From the NCBI RefSeq assembly GCF_036321535.1, contig NC_087447.1, positions 51,214,001-51,278,000 on the forward strand: DNA of 64,000 nucleotides. Direction: 5' to 3'. Of the stretch, positions 26,880 through 40,100 are shown in pieces. The position numbers and the translations under genes are program-made. Each line of letters starts with the position of its first letter. Position 1 is the stretch's first letter. The DNA comes from Camelus dromedarius. Lineage: Eukaryota. The notes beneath the pieces are model-generated. The model worked only from the letters and a program-made list of their open reading frames with translations, had not been told where the DNA came from and did not search any database.

Positions 26880-28857
26880 TTTTTTAAATTTATTGACGTA
26901 CATTTGATTTACAGTATTTCAGGTACACAGGAAAGTGATTCAGTTTTATATACATATAAAAATATATACACATTCTTTTTCAGATTCTCTCCCATCACAG
27001 GTTATAAGAAGATAATTGACTTGAATATAGGTCCCTGTGCATCTATACAGTAGGTCCTTTTGTTTATTTTATATATTGCAGTGTATGTATATCTGTTAAT
27101 CCCAAATTTCCTAACTTATCTCCTCCCTTTCCCCTTTGGTAACATAAGTTTGTTTTCTATGTCAGTGAGTCTATTTCTGCTTTGTAAATAAGTTCATTTA
27201 TATGATTTTTTTAGATTTCTCATATAAGTGATAACATATGATTTTGTCTCTCTCTGACTTACTTCACTTAGTATGATAATCTCTAGGTCCATCCATGTTG
27301 CTGCAAATGGCATTATTTCATCTTTCTTTATGGCTAATATTCCATTGTGTGTATATACCACGTCTTCTTTATCCATTCATCCATCGATGGACATTTAGGT
27401 TGCTCACGTGTCTTGGCTACTGTAAATAGTGTTGCTATGAACACTGGAGTGCATGTATCTTTTTGAATTAGAGCTTTCATCCTTTCCAGATATATACCCA
27501 GGACTGGGACTGTTGGGTCATATGGTAGTTCCCATTTTTAGTTTTCTGATAAACCTCCATACTGTTTTCTACAGTGGCTGTACCAATTTACATTCCCACC
27601 AACAGTGTAGGAGGATTCCCTTTTCTCCACACCGTCTCTAGCATTTGTTATTTGTAGATTTTTTAAGGATGGCCATTCTGATCAATGTGAAGTGATACCT
27701 CATTGTAGTTTTGATTTCCATTTCTCTAACAATTAGTGATGTTCAGCATTGTTTCATAAGCCTGTTTGCCATCTGTATGTCTTCTTTGGAGAAATGTCTG
27801 TTCAGGTCTTCTGCCCATTTTTTTTATTGTTTGCTTTTTTTTTTTTTTTTTTTTTTTGATATTGAGCTGTGTGAACTGTTTGTATATTTTGGAAATTAAT
27901 CCCTTGTTGGTCACATCATTTGCATATTTTCTCCTATTCCATGGGCTTTTTCCTTTTGTCTTCCATTCCCTAGGTTTCCTTTGCTGTGCAAGACCTTTTA
28001 AGTTTAATTAGGTCCTATTTGTTTATTTTTGCTTTTGTTTCCATTATTTCAGGAGACAGATCTAAAAATAAATATATATAGCTGTGATTTATGTAAAAAA
28101 GTGTTCTGCCTATGTTTTCCCCTAGTAGTTTTATAGTATCTGGTCTTATATACTTGGGTCTTTAATCCATTTAGAGTTTATTTTTGTACATGGTGTTAGA
28201 CAATGTTCTAATTTTATTCTTTTACATGCAGCTGTCCAATTTTCCCAGAACCATTTATTGAAAAGACTGTCTTTTCTCTATTGTATATGCTTGCCTACTT
28301 TGTTGTAGATTAACTGACCATAACTGGTTTTATTTCTGGGCTTTCCATCCTGTTCCACTGATCTATGTATCTGTTTCAGGCCAGTATCATACTGTTTTGA
28401 TTACTGTAGCTTTGTAGGATAGTCTGAAGTAAGGGAATGTGATTCCTCCAGCTTTGTTCTTCTTTCTCAAGATTGTTGTGGCTACTCAGGGTCTTTTGTG
28501 TTTCCATACACATTAAAAAAAATTTTTGTTCCAGTTCTGTGAAAAATGCCATTGGTAATTTGATAGGGATTGCACTGAATCTGTAGACCTCCTTGGGTAG
28601 TATGATCATTTTAACAATATTGATTCTTCCATCCTAAAAACACAGTATATCTTTCCATCTCTTTGTGTTGTCTTCAGTTTTTTTCATCAGCATCTTATAG
28701 TTTTCAGAGTACAGGTCTTTTTCCTCCCAAGGTAGGTTCATTCCTAGGTATTTCATTCTTTTTGATGTGATGGCAAATGGGGTTATTTCCTTAATTTCTC
28801 TTTCTGGTATTTTGTTATTAGAGTATAGAAATGCAACAGATTTCTATATATTAACTT
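26880..28857 (-). mobile_element. 5'-truncated LINE-1 (~2 kb, ORF2 3' part + 3'UTR)
   Basis: Minus-strand ORFs [38 protein letters not shown] and IMPFAATWMDLEIIILSEVSQ are L1 ORF2 motifs. Confidence 0.93.
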
Positions 28858-29192
28858 CAGGAATCATTTCTATAGTTCTTTGCAATCAGCATCTTAATGG
28901 TCAAGACTGCTTACATGGTGTATGGCAATAAAATTGCTTATAGAAAAAGAAAAGCTGCCCACAATAGTATACTGTGAACAAAACAACTAAGAAAAAAATT
29001 TAAGTAATCTTTTCTCTTTAAATGCCTCTGCTTGGGGATCTCAGAAATCCCTGGTTCCACCAAGATGAATTTGCTGGAGCATCCTCTAATGAGGGTTAGG
29101 ATACCGCAAAGACTTGTCTCACAGTATCTCCACTTCTCTCTGTTAATTCAAATCTTCCCTGATCAACTTCTTTCTTTAACCATCAAATCCAT

Positions 29193-29631
29193 TGCTACGG
29201 GTTTATATTGTGTCTCCCCCGAAACAGTCCCAATGCCCAGTACATCAGATTGTGATTTTATTTGGAAATAGAGTCTTTACAGAAGTAATCAAGTTAAAAT
29301 GACATCATCAGGGTGAGCCCTAATCCAATACAACTGGTGTCCCTATAAAAAGTGGAAAATTTGACCCAAGAGACAGACACACACAGAGAGAACACTGTGA
29401 AGAGATATAGGGATAAGACATGCATTAACAAGCCAAGGAATGTTTGAGACTACCAGGAGCTAGGGAAACGACTGGAACAGATCCTTCCCTTCTACTTTCA
29501 GGGGCAGCATGGCCTTACCAACAGCTTGATTTCAGACTTCTGGTTTCCAAAACTGTAAGACTGTAATTTTCTGTCATTCTAAGTCAACCAGCTTATGTGA
29601 CTCTGCTGCAGCAGACACAGGAAACTAATCA
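29193..29631 (+). mobile_element. MaLR solo LTR (MLT1B/C-like)
   Basis: TGCTACGGGTT...TTTGGAAATAGAGTCTTTACAGA...CCCTAATCCAATA...GGAAACTAATCA. Confidence 0.85.
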
Positions 29632-32600
29632 TCTACCTTCCTTTAAATTCTTAAAAGTTTGTACCCAGTTTATTTAGCAGAACTATTTAATTTTTTAGCA
29701 CATGCATCCTACATTCCTAATGAAATCAAAGCCTCTCAAGGGCAGGAACACCATTCTATAGTTCTTTTTTGTATCATCTACCACTCAGAGAAAGACTGAC
29801 CCTGGAAAAGATATTCAGGAAACATTTGCTCACTTGATTATGTTCTGGAAAATGTTCAACAAACACTGCTGGTTCTTTCAGAATTTGATGACCAGAAAAT
29901 CACTTTTTCTACTTCCATAATTCTGTCACATTGGAGTTAACTATTTTAAAATCAATACTCTTCTTCATGAGCTTTTTATATAGATAATACCACATACTCT
30001 CTAGTATCCATAAATAAAAAATTCACAGAATCATAGAATCATGTACTGTTTGGGACTGGGAAAGAGCTTCCAGATCATCTCGTGCAATCCTGAAGTGATA
30101 CTTTCTTCAATATACACAATATCATTTCTCTCTCTTGTATGGTAAATGTAACATTCTCCCTTGGCCATCATATTAGCTATTGGTTTACAAGGCTCCTTCT
30201 CACCACCAACCCACCACTAGGCACAAGCACATCAAGGGTTGAGATCCCCATTCATCCCCAGTGTTTATCACAGGTCACAGCACATGCTCAATAAACAGTT
30301 CCTGAAGTATTATTTTCTCTTTCTTTGCCACTACACCATGAATTTCTTCAAGAGAAGAACTGGATATTATTCATCTTTGCATACCTAGGGTCTAGCACAG
30401 CATGTAGCATATAAATAAATAATATTTGAAGTTCATGCAGTAAAAATGTTATACTCATTATCTCTATTCTAGGCTATTCTGGTCTATGTGTACTAAGAAG
30501 CTTAGGTGTCTAACAATCAAAAAACAAAGAGTAGCAAAGTCAAAATAGAGTCAACTTTTAGTCAAAAGGAAAAATATATTGGCGATATACTTTAAGAAAT
30601 TTAAACACTGGGGTACCTAAAATAGGTTAAATCCTAAAGACCTCTACTTCCTGTTATCCTGGGATTTCAAACAGTTCTCAGAAATTCACTCCAGTAGCTC
30701 TCAGAGGGGCAGACATAGCTTTCTGCTTAACTGACATACATGTATTAATAGTACCCAAACCTCAAACAGACTAAGAACAACAGTCTGGCCAAGTATCTTG
30801 TTCCATGTCGCCACTAGTATAAAGAGAAGTCCAAGTCAGCATCAGAAAAACACTAACTCAGACTTCCAAAGAACTTCTCAGTTCCCATAGGCTCCAATGA
30901 CTTCCTAAAGGAGTCCTCTAGGTTGTGCTTAAGTCCAGAGAAATGGCAGAGCAACATAGAAAGACAGCAACACATTTTCAAACTGATGAACTTCTGTTCA
31001 TTCTTTCACACTCAGTGTCACCTCCTCTACGGAGTCTTTATTGCTTGTTCCCCTCCTTTCCCCCTTTTTGCTGAGTTAATAATTCGTATATCCCTCTACT
31101 ATACATTCATCACTTTATGTTACAGTAGTGTCTCTCTCTCCTGCTACAGCAGACACACAATAATTACAGCTGCAAAAAGCTGCTCTTTCCCATGCTAAGA
31201 CTTCAGTTATTCTAGCTTGTTTCAATCCCATAAGGAAAAGGAAAACAGGTGAAATATTTTCAAATAGCTGCCTATTTACTGTGTATTTATTTTCTAAAAG
31301 CCACAGGTTTGTACATTGGGATTCTTTTTTGTTCAAGTATCATGCTCCGGCTGGTATGGTAGGCAGATACAGACAGACTTTAGAACACTCAATCCTGTTT
31401 GTCTAAAGTCCTAGGCCTTAATCATTCTAAACAAGGAGCTAGAAGTTAGAATTAAATGACCAGTGCTCTTCAGGAATCAGGAAAATCTCAGACTGCTTAG
31501 AACAGCAATGGTAAAAAGACCTTAGAGGGCACCCAGCCAACTTCCTCATTTTACAGAGAGGGAAACTGAGGCCCAAAAAGAGGAAAGGATTTGATCAAGG
31601 TCCCACAGTCTGCTAAGCAAACTCATGTTTTAACTCCTATGTTAAAGCAAATTCTGGTATATCTCTTCTCTTTCCAAAAAAAATTTCAATCCCAAAAATG
31701 AGGCTTATGGAGGTAATTTGTCCAAAGCCATATACCTAGCAGATGACGAAGCCAAGATTTGAATCCAGGACATCTCCCAGGAAGGTCTATCCTCTCACTT
31801 ACTCTCATGGTGAAATTTTTGCAACTCCAAATACAAATGCAACTTCACTTTCTGTCCTTTAACTTCCTTTGAATTTACTTCTAGTTAAATTTTGCAGATT
31901 GAAAACACATTTAACTTATGTTCTCACCCAAAAATCACACTAAAATGACAGTAAAGATATAAAAAAAAAAGGTATAAATCTAAACAAAGAAGGGAATGGG
32001 TGAGGGGACATCAGAAAACGAGAGAGTTCAACAAACTTTTAGACTATCCATAGTGAATGGAGGATTTGTAACAAAAAAAGCAGGAGGAGGAGGAGAAGGA
32101 GGGCAAAAGAAGCTGTAACCTAGAGCCTTGCATGGTCCCCAGGCAGTAGAGATATGTGGTACCTGACAGCAGGGTCACATCCCCTGGAAAGAATAACTAG
32201 ATTAAAACACATAAAGGAATAGGCCTAGGAAGCATAAATCACTTGCTCAAAAATCATATAGAGCTAACAAAAGCTTAAAGCCAGGTCTTCATATTTTTGT
32301 TACCTTTCTGTAATACATTTGCTATTAGTCAGACTTCAGAGACTAATAGGATAACTCAAATAGTCCATGTCACAAAACAAGAAGGCAGAGGTATTTCCCA
32401 AGGTCTACTTTTTGCCATCCTACACCAACTCCAAAAAAAGTCCTTTGTGTCTAGGCTCTCCCTGGTGAGAGCTTAGGCTGTTCAGACAGTGGGGGTAAGA
32501 ACCCCATATTCCAATTCATGTTCCAATTATCTGATTCTATAGCTCTGAAGATGTAAGTTACCAGCACTTGACAAAAATATGACAAAGCCTGGAAATGAAA

Positions 32601-35600
32601 GATTTCAAAAGCACTCACACTGTTTCAGGTCAAAGCTGAGCTCATCCTCCTTGTCTATAATGGGTGAGAGAGGCAGTTTTTCATTCCTTTTTAGAACAGA
32701 ACATGCCCAAAGGTAGGTGTTGTTACATCTGTCAACCAGCTACAACAGACTCATTTTTAAATGCCAAATTACAGGACTGCCCACAGAACCAATTAAGGCA
32801 TTTATGAATCTAAGGCCATTTCTTAACACACAGCAATAATGTGAGTGCCACAGCTATTCACACCCTACTCCCATTTGAACTCTTGTCCACCACTTAATTA
32901 AACATAACTATATACTCAATTTGTGTTCTTCTGATGTGCACAGAAAGTATACTGAACTAAGAGTCAGAATACTTCTAAATACAGCTCAAGCTTTGGAATC
33001 AGCAAATCGATTTGAATCCCAGTCCTCTGAATCCTAATCTCTCTGGGCCTCAATTACTTCATATGTAAAATGGGCATAATGAGAAACCTGCTGTAAGGAT
33101 TGAGAGTATCCATAAGGCAACTTTGCACAGCAATAAGGCATTCAATAAATGTTAGTTTCTTCTTTTACTGATCATCTGCTAAATATCAGGTACTTCCAAC
33201 CTTAGAAGGGCTGATTGTTTTGAGGAAGTGTTTAGAGTGAGACAGGATAGATGAATGAATAATTACAATACAACACAGTACAAATAAATACAATACAATA
33301 AATGCTGCCATAGCCATTGGAACAAAGTATCACATAAACACTGAAAAAAGGGGATATTACTTCTGTCTGAAACAGGAGAGTTTCACAGACGGTATCAGAG
33401 ACATAGACATTTGAACTTGGCCTTGAAGGTTGTTGAGTAGAAGTACAGCAAGCAAAGGAAAACATCTTAAACAAAACGAACTACGAAAAACAAGTTAGGG
33501 AGACATGAAAGAGAACAAATGGCTTATTTAAGCAACAGTGAGAAAACTTAGAGAAGAAGTGAATGGGTTACAAAGGAGCAGAAGATCAGCATAAAGAAGA
33601 GCCTACCCATAGGAATTTTTTGTGGAGAGAAAACTGGTATGAGAGGGAAGGATAGGCAATCATTTAAGAAAATCTTGAAGAAAATATTTACCAGAAAAGA
33701 ACAGAAATAAAAATCACCATTATGATTATAAAGGATTGTAATGTGGAGGAGAGCTTGAATTTATTTTGTATGATTCAAGCGTCAGACTTAAGAATGTGGA
33801 TGAAAATTAAAGACTGACACAGAAACAGCCTAGGAATACTAGTCACATACAGAGCAAAGAATTTGGAATTTAAAAGGAAATGTCTCTTCTTTAAGGGGTC
33901 AAATTAGCCCAGAAAGCTCAACGAAGAAACTCTTATCTACTAGCTAAGGAACCAGGCTTTCTCTTCCTCTCTGGGGACAGGACTTGGCTTGATGGGCTTT
34001 TGGTGCAACCAGGTTTGAGGAAGGTGCTTCCACCACCTCCTGAAGCCTTACACAATTCAGTTCAATCTCAAAAGGGAACACCAGCTCACACAGAAACAGC
34101 ATAAAAAAGAAAACTAAACTAAAGCAGGCAATAGGCTTTAAGGGAAACTAGACAGTGAGCTTAAAGAAAGAGGGGCAACAAGACTGCAGAACATCAGAGG
34201 CATCAATTATCTGTTACTATGTTAATGGAGAAAGTAAACAATAGAACAGCTGCAAGACCATTATCTAAATGTCTGAGTGGTAGGAGCCACAGAGGTCTTC
34301 CAGTTCAACATCTCACTGTACAGTGAAACTAAACCAAAGAAGGGATAGGGCAGGGAAAGCTAGACCTAAAACAATTTAACAGACATTTACACTTCAGGCA
34401 CACTCTTTTACTTGTATTATCTCAATTTTCCTGAAGACAAAACAATGAAGGAGGTGTTATTTTCCCAATGAGATTATAAATTCTTTGAACCATCATAATG
34501 TTTGTGTTAGTTACTCAAATGGATTTACAGAGTGAATAATGCTTTCCTTTTTGATCCCATGAGTTATAAAGAACTCACCTTGAGGAACGGGGGTTCTCTC
34601 CAGGCAAATAACATAGACTAGGAAACAGTTTCTCAATATCTCATCCCAACCACCCTACTCTCTGAGTCTGTGACTTTCCAGTGTATTAAATATTCAAAAA
34701 AAAGTATTCTATTTCAGTTCTAGTGCTGAGAACAGGAAACAGATTTGAATCAAATAAGACCATTGCCTTCAAGAAGCTCCTGTTCTAGTAAAGAAGACAA
34801 ACATGGCAATCAGTGATTATCTTTGAGTCATAAAGGGTTCAAACCCTGGATCTACCCTTTGCTAGCTAAGGCAAGCGATTTCCTTTATCTAAACTCCATA
34901 TTCCTTCCCTGTGAAACTGAGGGTAATATCATCAGCATAACTCAAAAGGTTATTTGCTAGTATTTGGTAAGATAATGTAGCTAAAGCACCCAGAAGAATG
35001 TGGGATCCATAGTATACATGCTTACTATGCATTAATGAATTAATGACTTATATGAGACTATCCCTTTCGTGGAAGAAGAGAGAACCTACCCAGCATTATG
35101 CTTTCCCGTAATCCTGGAGGCTTAGAAGAAATGCTGTCTGCCTGACCATGAAGATCTCATGTTCCCCAGCTCTTTGCACATTAGAACCACAAACCCCATC
35201 CCAACACTAAAAACCAGAAAGAGGAACCTGGCAGGAGCCACACAATGACTAGGGTTGAAGAAAATAGTTGTCTGGCCTGACCAAGATTGCAAAAGGAAGT
35301 CAGCAGTAGAGGAAAGCTTAAAAAACCCAAGACCTGAAATCCTACAAATGCTTAAGGTTAAAGACTAGAAAAATCTGGTTAAATATAAATATCTCTGCAA
35401 GGTAGAGCTATAATGAGAGATTGGGGCCACCAGGGATTTACAGACCCCTATGGGCCACAGCAGTTCTCCATTTCAGAGAGTCATTCTTTCAATAAAAAAT
35501 ATACTGCATACCTACTGTAGGTCAAGAGTTGGAGCAACAGAGGAGTTAGATATGGTCCCAAGACTTTGAAGCACTAGTGTCAGAGACTGAGATCATAATG

Positions 35601-38097
35601 AAAAAAGGTTTCACCACTAAGGTCCTCACGTACTGATATTCTGCGGCTGCTGGCAGTGATGACCAAAATAGCATTACTTTTCCCATTTCCATTCTTCTCG
35701 CCAAGTTTCCCAGCCACCAAGCTTCCTCCACCTCTTCTTCAATCAATTCACCACATTCAGAGCCTGTCATCTCCAGAGGCCCTTCCCTGGGTAGAAGAGC
35801 CTGACCATGGGCCACTGTAATTTGGAATGGAAACCTGACTAAGTAACAGCAAAGCCCATAACTGACCCTACCTACAGCCTATGAGTCAAACTCTACAAAA
35901 TAGTTTTAAAGACACAGAACAAGTTCTGCTGTATCTATGTTAAGCCTTTAAAGAACAGTTCTCAGAAGACAGACTTAAGTCATCTGAGATCTCAAATACT
36001 GAACACCTATTATGTGCCAGGTAACATTTTGAATACCTTACGTATGCTAATGTCCTCAAAACAACTCTGCAAGGAAGCTACCATTGTCCCAATTTTACAA
36101 AGGAAAAACTGTTCACAGAAATTAAGTGACTTGCCTAAAATCACAGTTTACAGATGACAAAGCTGAAATCCATAAACAAATTGACGATGTTGGCTTTAGT
36201 CTTACTTTTTTCCACTGCCTCTCACATTTTATTCTAATAATAACCCTGTGAGGCAGGAAAGAAGGTATCAGCATATCCTATTTTACAAATGAAACTGGTG
36301 CTTAAGGAAGTGATATTACTTTCTCAGGAACAAGTCAGTAAGTGGCAGAGCCATAACCTATATCCAGATCTTTTGCCTTCAAATCCATGCTCTTCCCACT
36401 ACCCACCATTTCCTCTTATACTGTGCCTTGCAAAATGGTGTAGTGGAAATACATTTAACAGAGAGTGAGAAGTGCTGATATGTGGTCGACTCTGTAACTA
36501 ACTTATGTACCACATTAAGTGAGTAATTTTCCTTCTCTTAGCCTGGGTGTTAGACTGGATAGCCCTTAGGTTCCCTTTCAGTTGGAAATCTAGGTTTTAA
36601 TTAGTACCAACAAGACTGTTGGAAGTAGTTTCTCTTATTTCCTTGCCACCCAACAGTAACTCTCTGAAAGAAAAAAAAATTAACTGTTATTTATAGTACT
36701 GATAAGGTGAGAAGTGCTCAGCACCACAGAGTAGAAATTACCCATTCAATTTCATTCCTTCCTCAAACACCTAGGAGTAAACATAGAAAAGGCCACAAGC
36801 CACCTAATAACACAACATTGGCACATTCAATAAGTGGTACATCTACCAACATGCCAAGTACATCTAGGACTGAAGACTGTGTTCATGGTGGGGCCCTTCT
36901 TCCCACTGCTGTATTCACAAAACATCTATTCACTAGCTAATTTTCTGAGGTTGGGACATCAGCTCTACTTCATTTACAGCAGACCAGGCTTATTGACTTA
37001 ACTAAATCACATCAGATATAAATAACTTACAAGTGAATTTTGACTAATTAATATTATAGAATAAAAATGAAATTTAACCCCAGATGTAAACTCTTCCATG
37101 CCAAGAAATAGAAGAGGGCAAGAAGCAGGATATATGACTTTGGACAAATTACTTCCCTGTCTTGGTTTCTTTATATACAAAGTAAGGGAGAGAACCCAAA
37201 CCAATTCTTAACACCTTTCCCACTGTAACCTGATAGGAGTATATAAATATTCTATATTTAGAGAATGTGAAATATGTAAAAAGCAAAAAGGAGGGAAAAG
37301 GCATCATGTTACAAATTAAAACGACCTCACAAAAGAAAAGGAAACGAGTTCACTGCCAAGACAGAACATAAAATATGTATGCTCACATCACCTCAAATAC
37401 ATATTAGTTATAAAAGCAAAAAGAAACCACTATACCCCTGTGACAGCTGAAGTAAATAATTCACATAATTCCCCCAGGATAAGACTGTGGAGGCAGAAAA
37501 CCATTGCTCCTGCAGTTAAACCAGAGCTGATCTGAATATGATCAAGGATCCGAGATCTGAAACAATTACTGAGAACCAGGCAAATGTCTTAAGAGGAAAG
37601 ACAATCCTAAGGAAGTATGCCTCCCCTTGACCTTGAAATAAAGTTCACACTGCTTTAGCCACGCATCATTATTATCGCAAATGTTTACTTATTAATATGC
37701 TATATGATGAACTAAGCACTTCTACATACTTCATTTAATTCTCCCAACACTCTAGTAGTTATATTCCATATTTTACAGGAGTTTGAAGGTCAAAGAGCTT
37801 CAAAGACCAACATGAGAACCCCTTCTTTGACTCCAAGTTCAATGTGCTACCTCATCCCTAGTAATAATCTACCCCCTTCACTATACAGGTCCCTCACATA
37901 TACCTTATCTAGTTTGAAATCACAACAACCTTGTGAGGCAGATGTTTAAGATTCCTCATGAACTGACCCCTACTCACCTTTACAATTTTGAAACGGATGC
38001 TACTGGCTACCTACCCAGCATCCATTCCCCTCTTCCTCCCTCTTCACAGATCCCTGGTTTTTGTCAGGTATTCCCCCCTCAGTAGCCTGTATAACTA

Positions 38098-38266
38098 ATG
38101 CAGTTCTCAAATTTTAACATACTACCAGAGTCATAATCACATGGAGAGCTTGTTAAAACAGATTCCCGGGCCCCAACCTAGAGTTTTTCATATAGTAGGT
38201 CTGGTACATGCCCCAAGAATTTGCATTTTTATCAAGTTTCCAGTGACCACTTTTTGAAAACCACAG
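38098..38266. mobile_element. MER5A-like hAT MITE
   Basis: GTTCTCAAATTTTAAC...AATCACATGGAGAGCTTGTTAAAACAGATT...AAGAATTTGCATTTTTATCAAGTTTCCAG...TTTGAAAACCAC. Confidence 0.75.
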
Positions 38267-38878
38267 TCCTAAGGAAAAACTGACCCCAAACCTAGCTCCA
38301 GGGGTAGGTCTCCATCCTATACCCAAACCAAACATGGTAACCCCATTCTCCTTGCCGGTGACTAGCTCAAGGGGTTAATCACTTAGCATCTGGCACAGCC
38401 CTGCAAACTCCTGTAGTTTAGAAATGGGCAAGGGGCCTAAGGCAGCCCCACAGGACTAAAGACAAGAAACTTTCTCCATTTTGAGAGAGGAAGTCGGTAT
38501 CTATTTCTCTCTCTCTCTGCCTCTTTCTGACTCTCTCCCTGTCTCTGTCTTTCTCTCTCCCTCCCCGTCCTCTCTCTATGTATCTGTATCTTTATCTCTC
38601 TCATCTGTTGGTTAACAAAGAAATTTATCACCTCCAACTGTTTCTATCAATTTACCACCACGATGGAAGGCAGCCTGGGGATAAAGGTAACGCAAGCTTT
38701 TACTTTTGTGTTATAATTTTCAATTGATATAAATTTCAATATCATATAAGCCAAATTTGAGTCAGAAATGCTTTTTACAGAATTCCAAATGATACAGAAT
38801 TTGGTATTAGAAAAGGATACAAGCCATATGAATATTCTCCATAGCAGAATCTGCAAATTGGTTTGCTCAACACCTATT

Positions 38879-39867
38879 TTGTTTTTAAATTGAAGTATAG
38901 TTGATTTACAATATTGTGTTCATTTCTGGTATAGAACAAAGTAATTCAGTTAAATATATACATCTATATATTCATATTTGTATTATTTTCCATTATGGTT
39001 TATTCCCTGTACTATACAGTAGGACCTTGTTGCTTATCTTTAAATCTAGTAGTTTGTATCTGCTAAACTTCTGATTGATCATTCCCCCACCCCACTGCCT
39101 CTCTGGTAACCATAAATCTGTTTTCTATGTCTGTATATGTTTCTTTTTTATAAATAAGTTCATTTGTGTCATATTTTAGATTCCACATATAAGTGATATA
39201 TGGTATTTTCTTTCTCTTTCTGATTTACTTCACTTGGTATGATAATCTCTAGGTCCATGCATGTTGCTGCAAATGGCGTTATTTCACTCTTTTTTATGTC
39301 TGAGTAATATTTCATTGTATGTATTCATTGTATGTATATATATACGTACATACATACACACACACACACACATACATATATACCACATCTTCTTTATCCA
39401 TTCATCTATCAATAGACATTTAAGTTGCTTCCATGTCTCAGCTATTGTAAATAGTGTTGCTATGAACACTGGAATTCATGTTGCACTTAAATCTTTTCAA
39501 ATTACAGTTTTCTTCAGATATGTGCCCAGGAGTGGTAACTCTATTTTTCTGGTTTTTAAGGAACCCCATACTGTTTTCTACAGTGGCTGCACCAATTTAC
39601 ATTCCCACCAACAGTGCAGGAGGGTCTCTTTTCTCCACACCCTCTCCAGCATTTGTTATTTGTAGATTTTTTAATGATGGACATCTGACCAGTGTGAAGT
39701 GGTACCTTACTGTAGTTTTGACTTGCATTTCTCTAATAATTAGCAATGCTAAACATCTTTTCACATGCCTGTTAGCTATCTGCATGTCTTCTTTGGGGAA
39801 ATGTCTATATAGGTCTTCTGCCATTTTTTAATTGGGTTACTTTTTTGTTATTGAGCTGTATGAGCTG
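38879..39867 (-). mobile_element. 5'-truncated LINE-1 (~1 kb) with 14-bp TSD
   Basis: ORF2 motifs IIREMQVKTTVRYH and MFIATLFTIAETWKQ, with TSD GCTCAACACCTATT (38865-38878) versus GCTCAACACTTATT (39868-39881). Confidence 0.92.
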
Positions 39868-39961
39868 GCTCAACACTTATTCTAACCCCTTGCTACCTTT
39901 TGGGTACAACAGAGGTTGGAAGGCAAAAAAACAAACAAACAACAACAAAAAAAAAAAAACA

Positions 39962-40100
39962 GGGGAGGGGATGGTTCAATGGCAGAGTGCATGCTTAGCA
40001 TGTACAAGCTCCTGGGTTCAATCCCCAGTACCTCCATTAAAATTAATTAATTAATTAATTAATTAATTAATTAATGTAATTGCCTCCCCCCTCAAAAAAA
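39962..40100 (+). mobile_element. tRNA-Ala-derived camelid SINE (Vic-1-like)
   Basis: GGGGAGGGGATGGTTCAATGGCAGAGTGCATGCTTAGCATGTACAAGCTCCTGGGTTCAATCCCCAGTACCTCC, then (AATT)n and AATTGCCTCCCCCC, flanked on both sides by AAAAAACAAACA-like sequence. Confidence 0.88.
40041..40075. repeat. (AATT)n self-complementary microsatellite within a SINE
   Basis: 8 perfect AATT units plus a partial unit. Confidence 0.92.
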
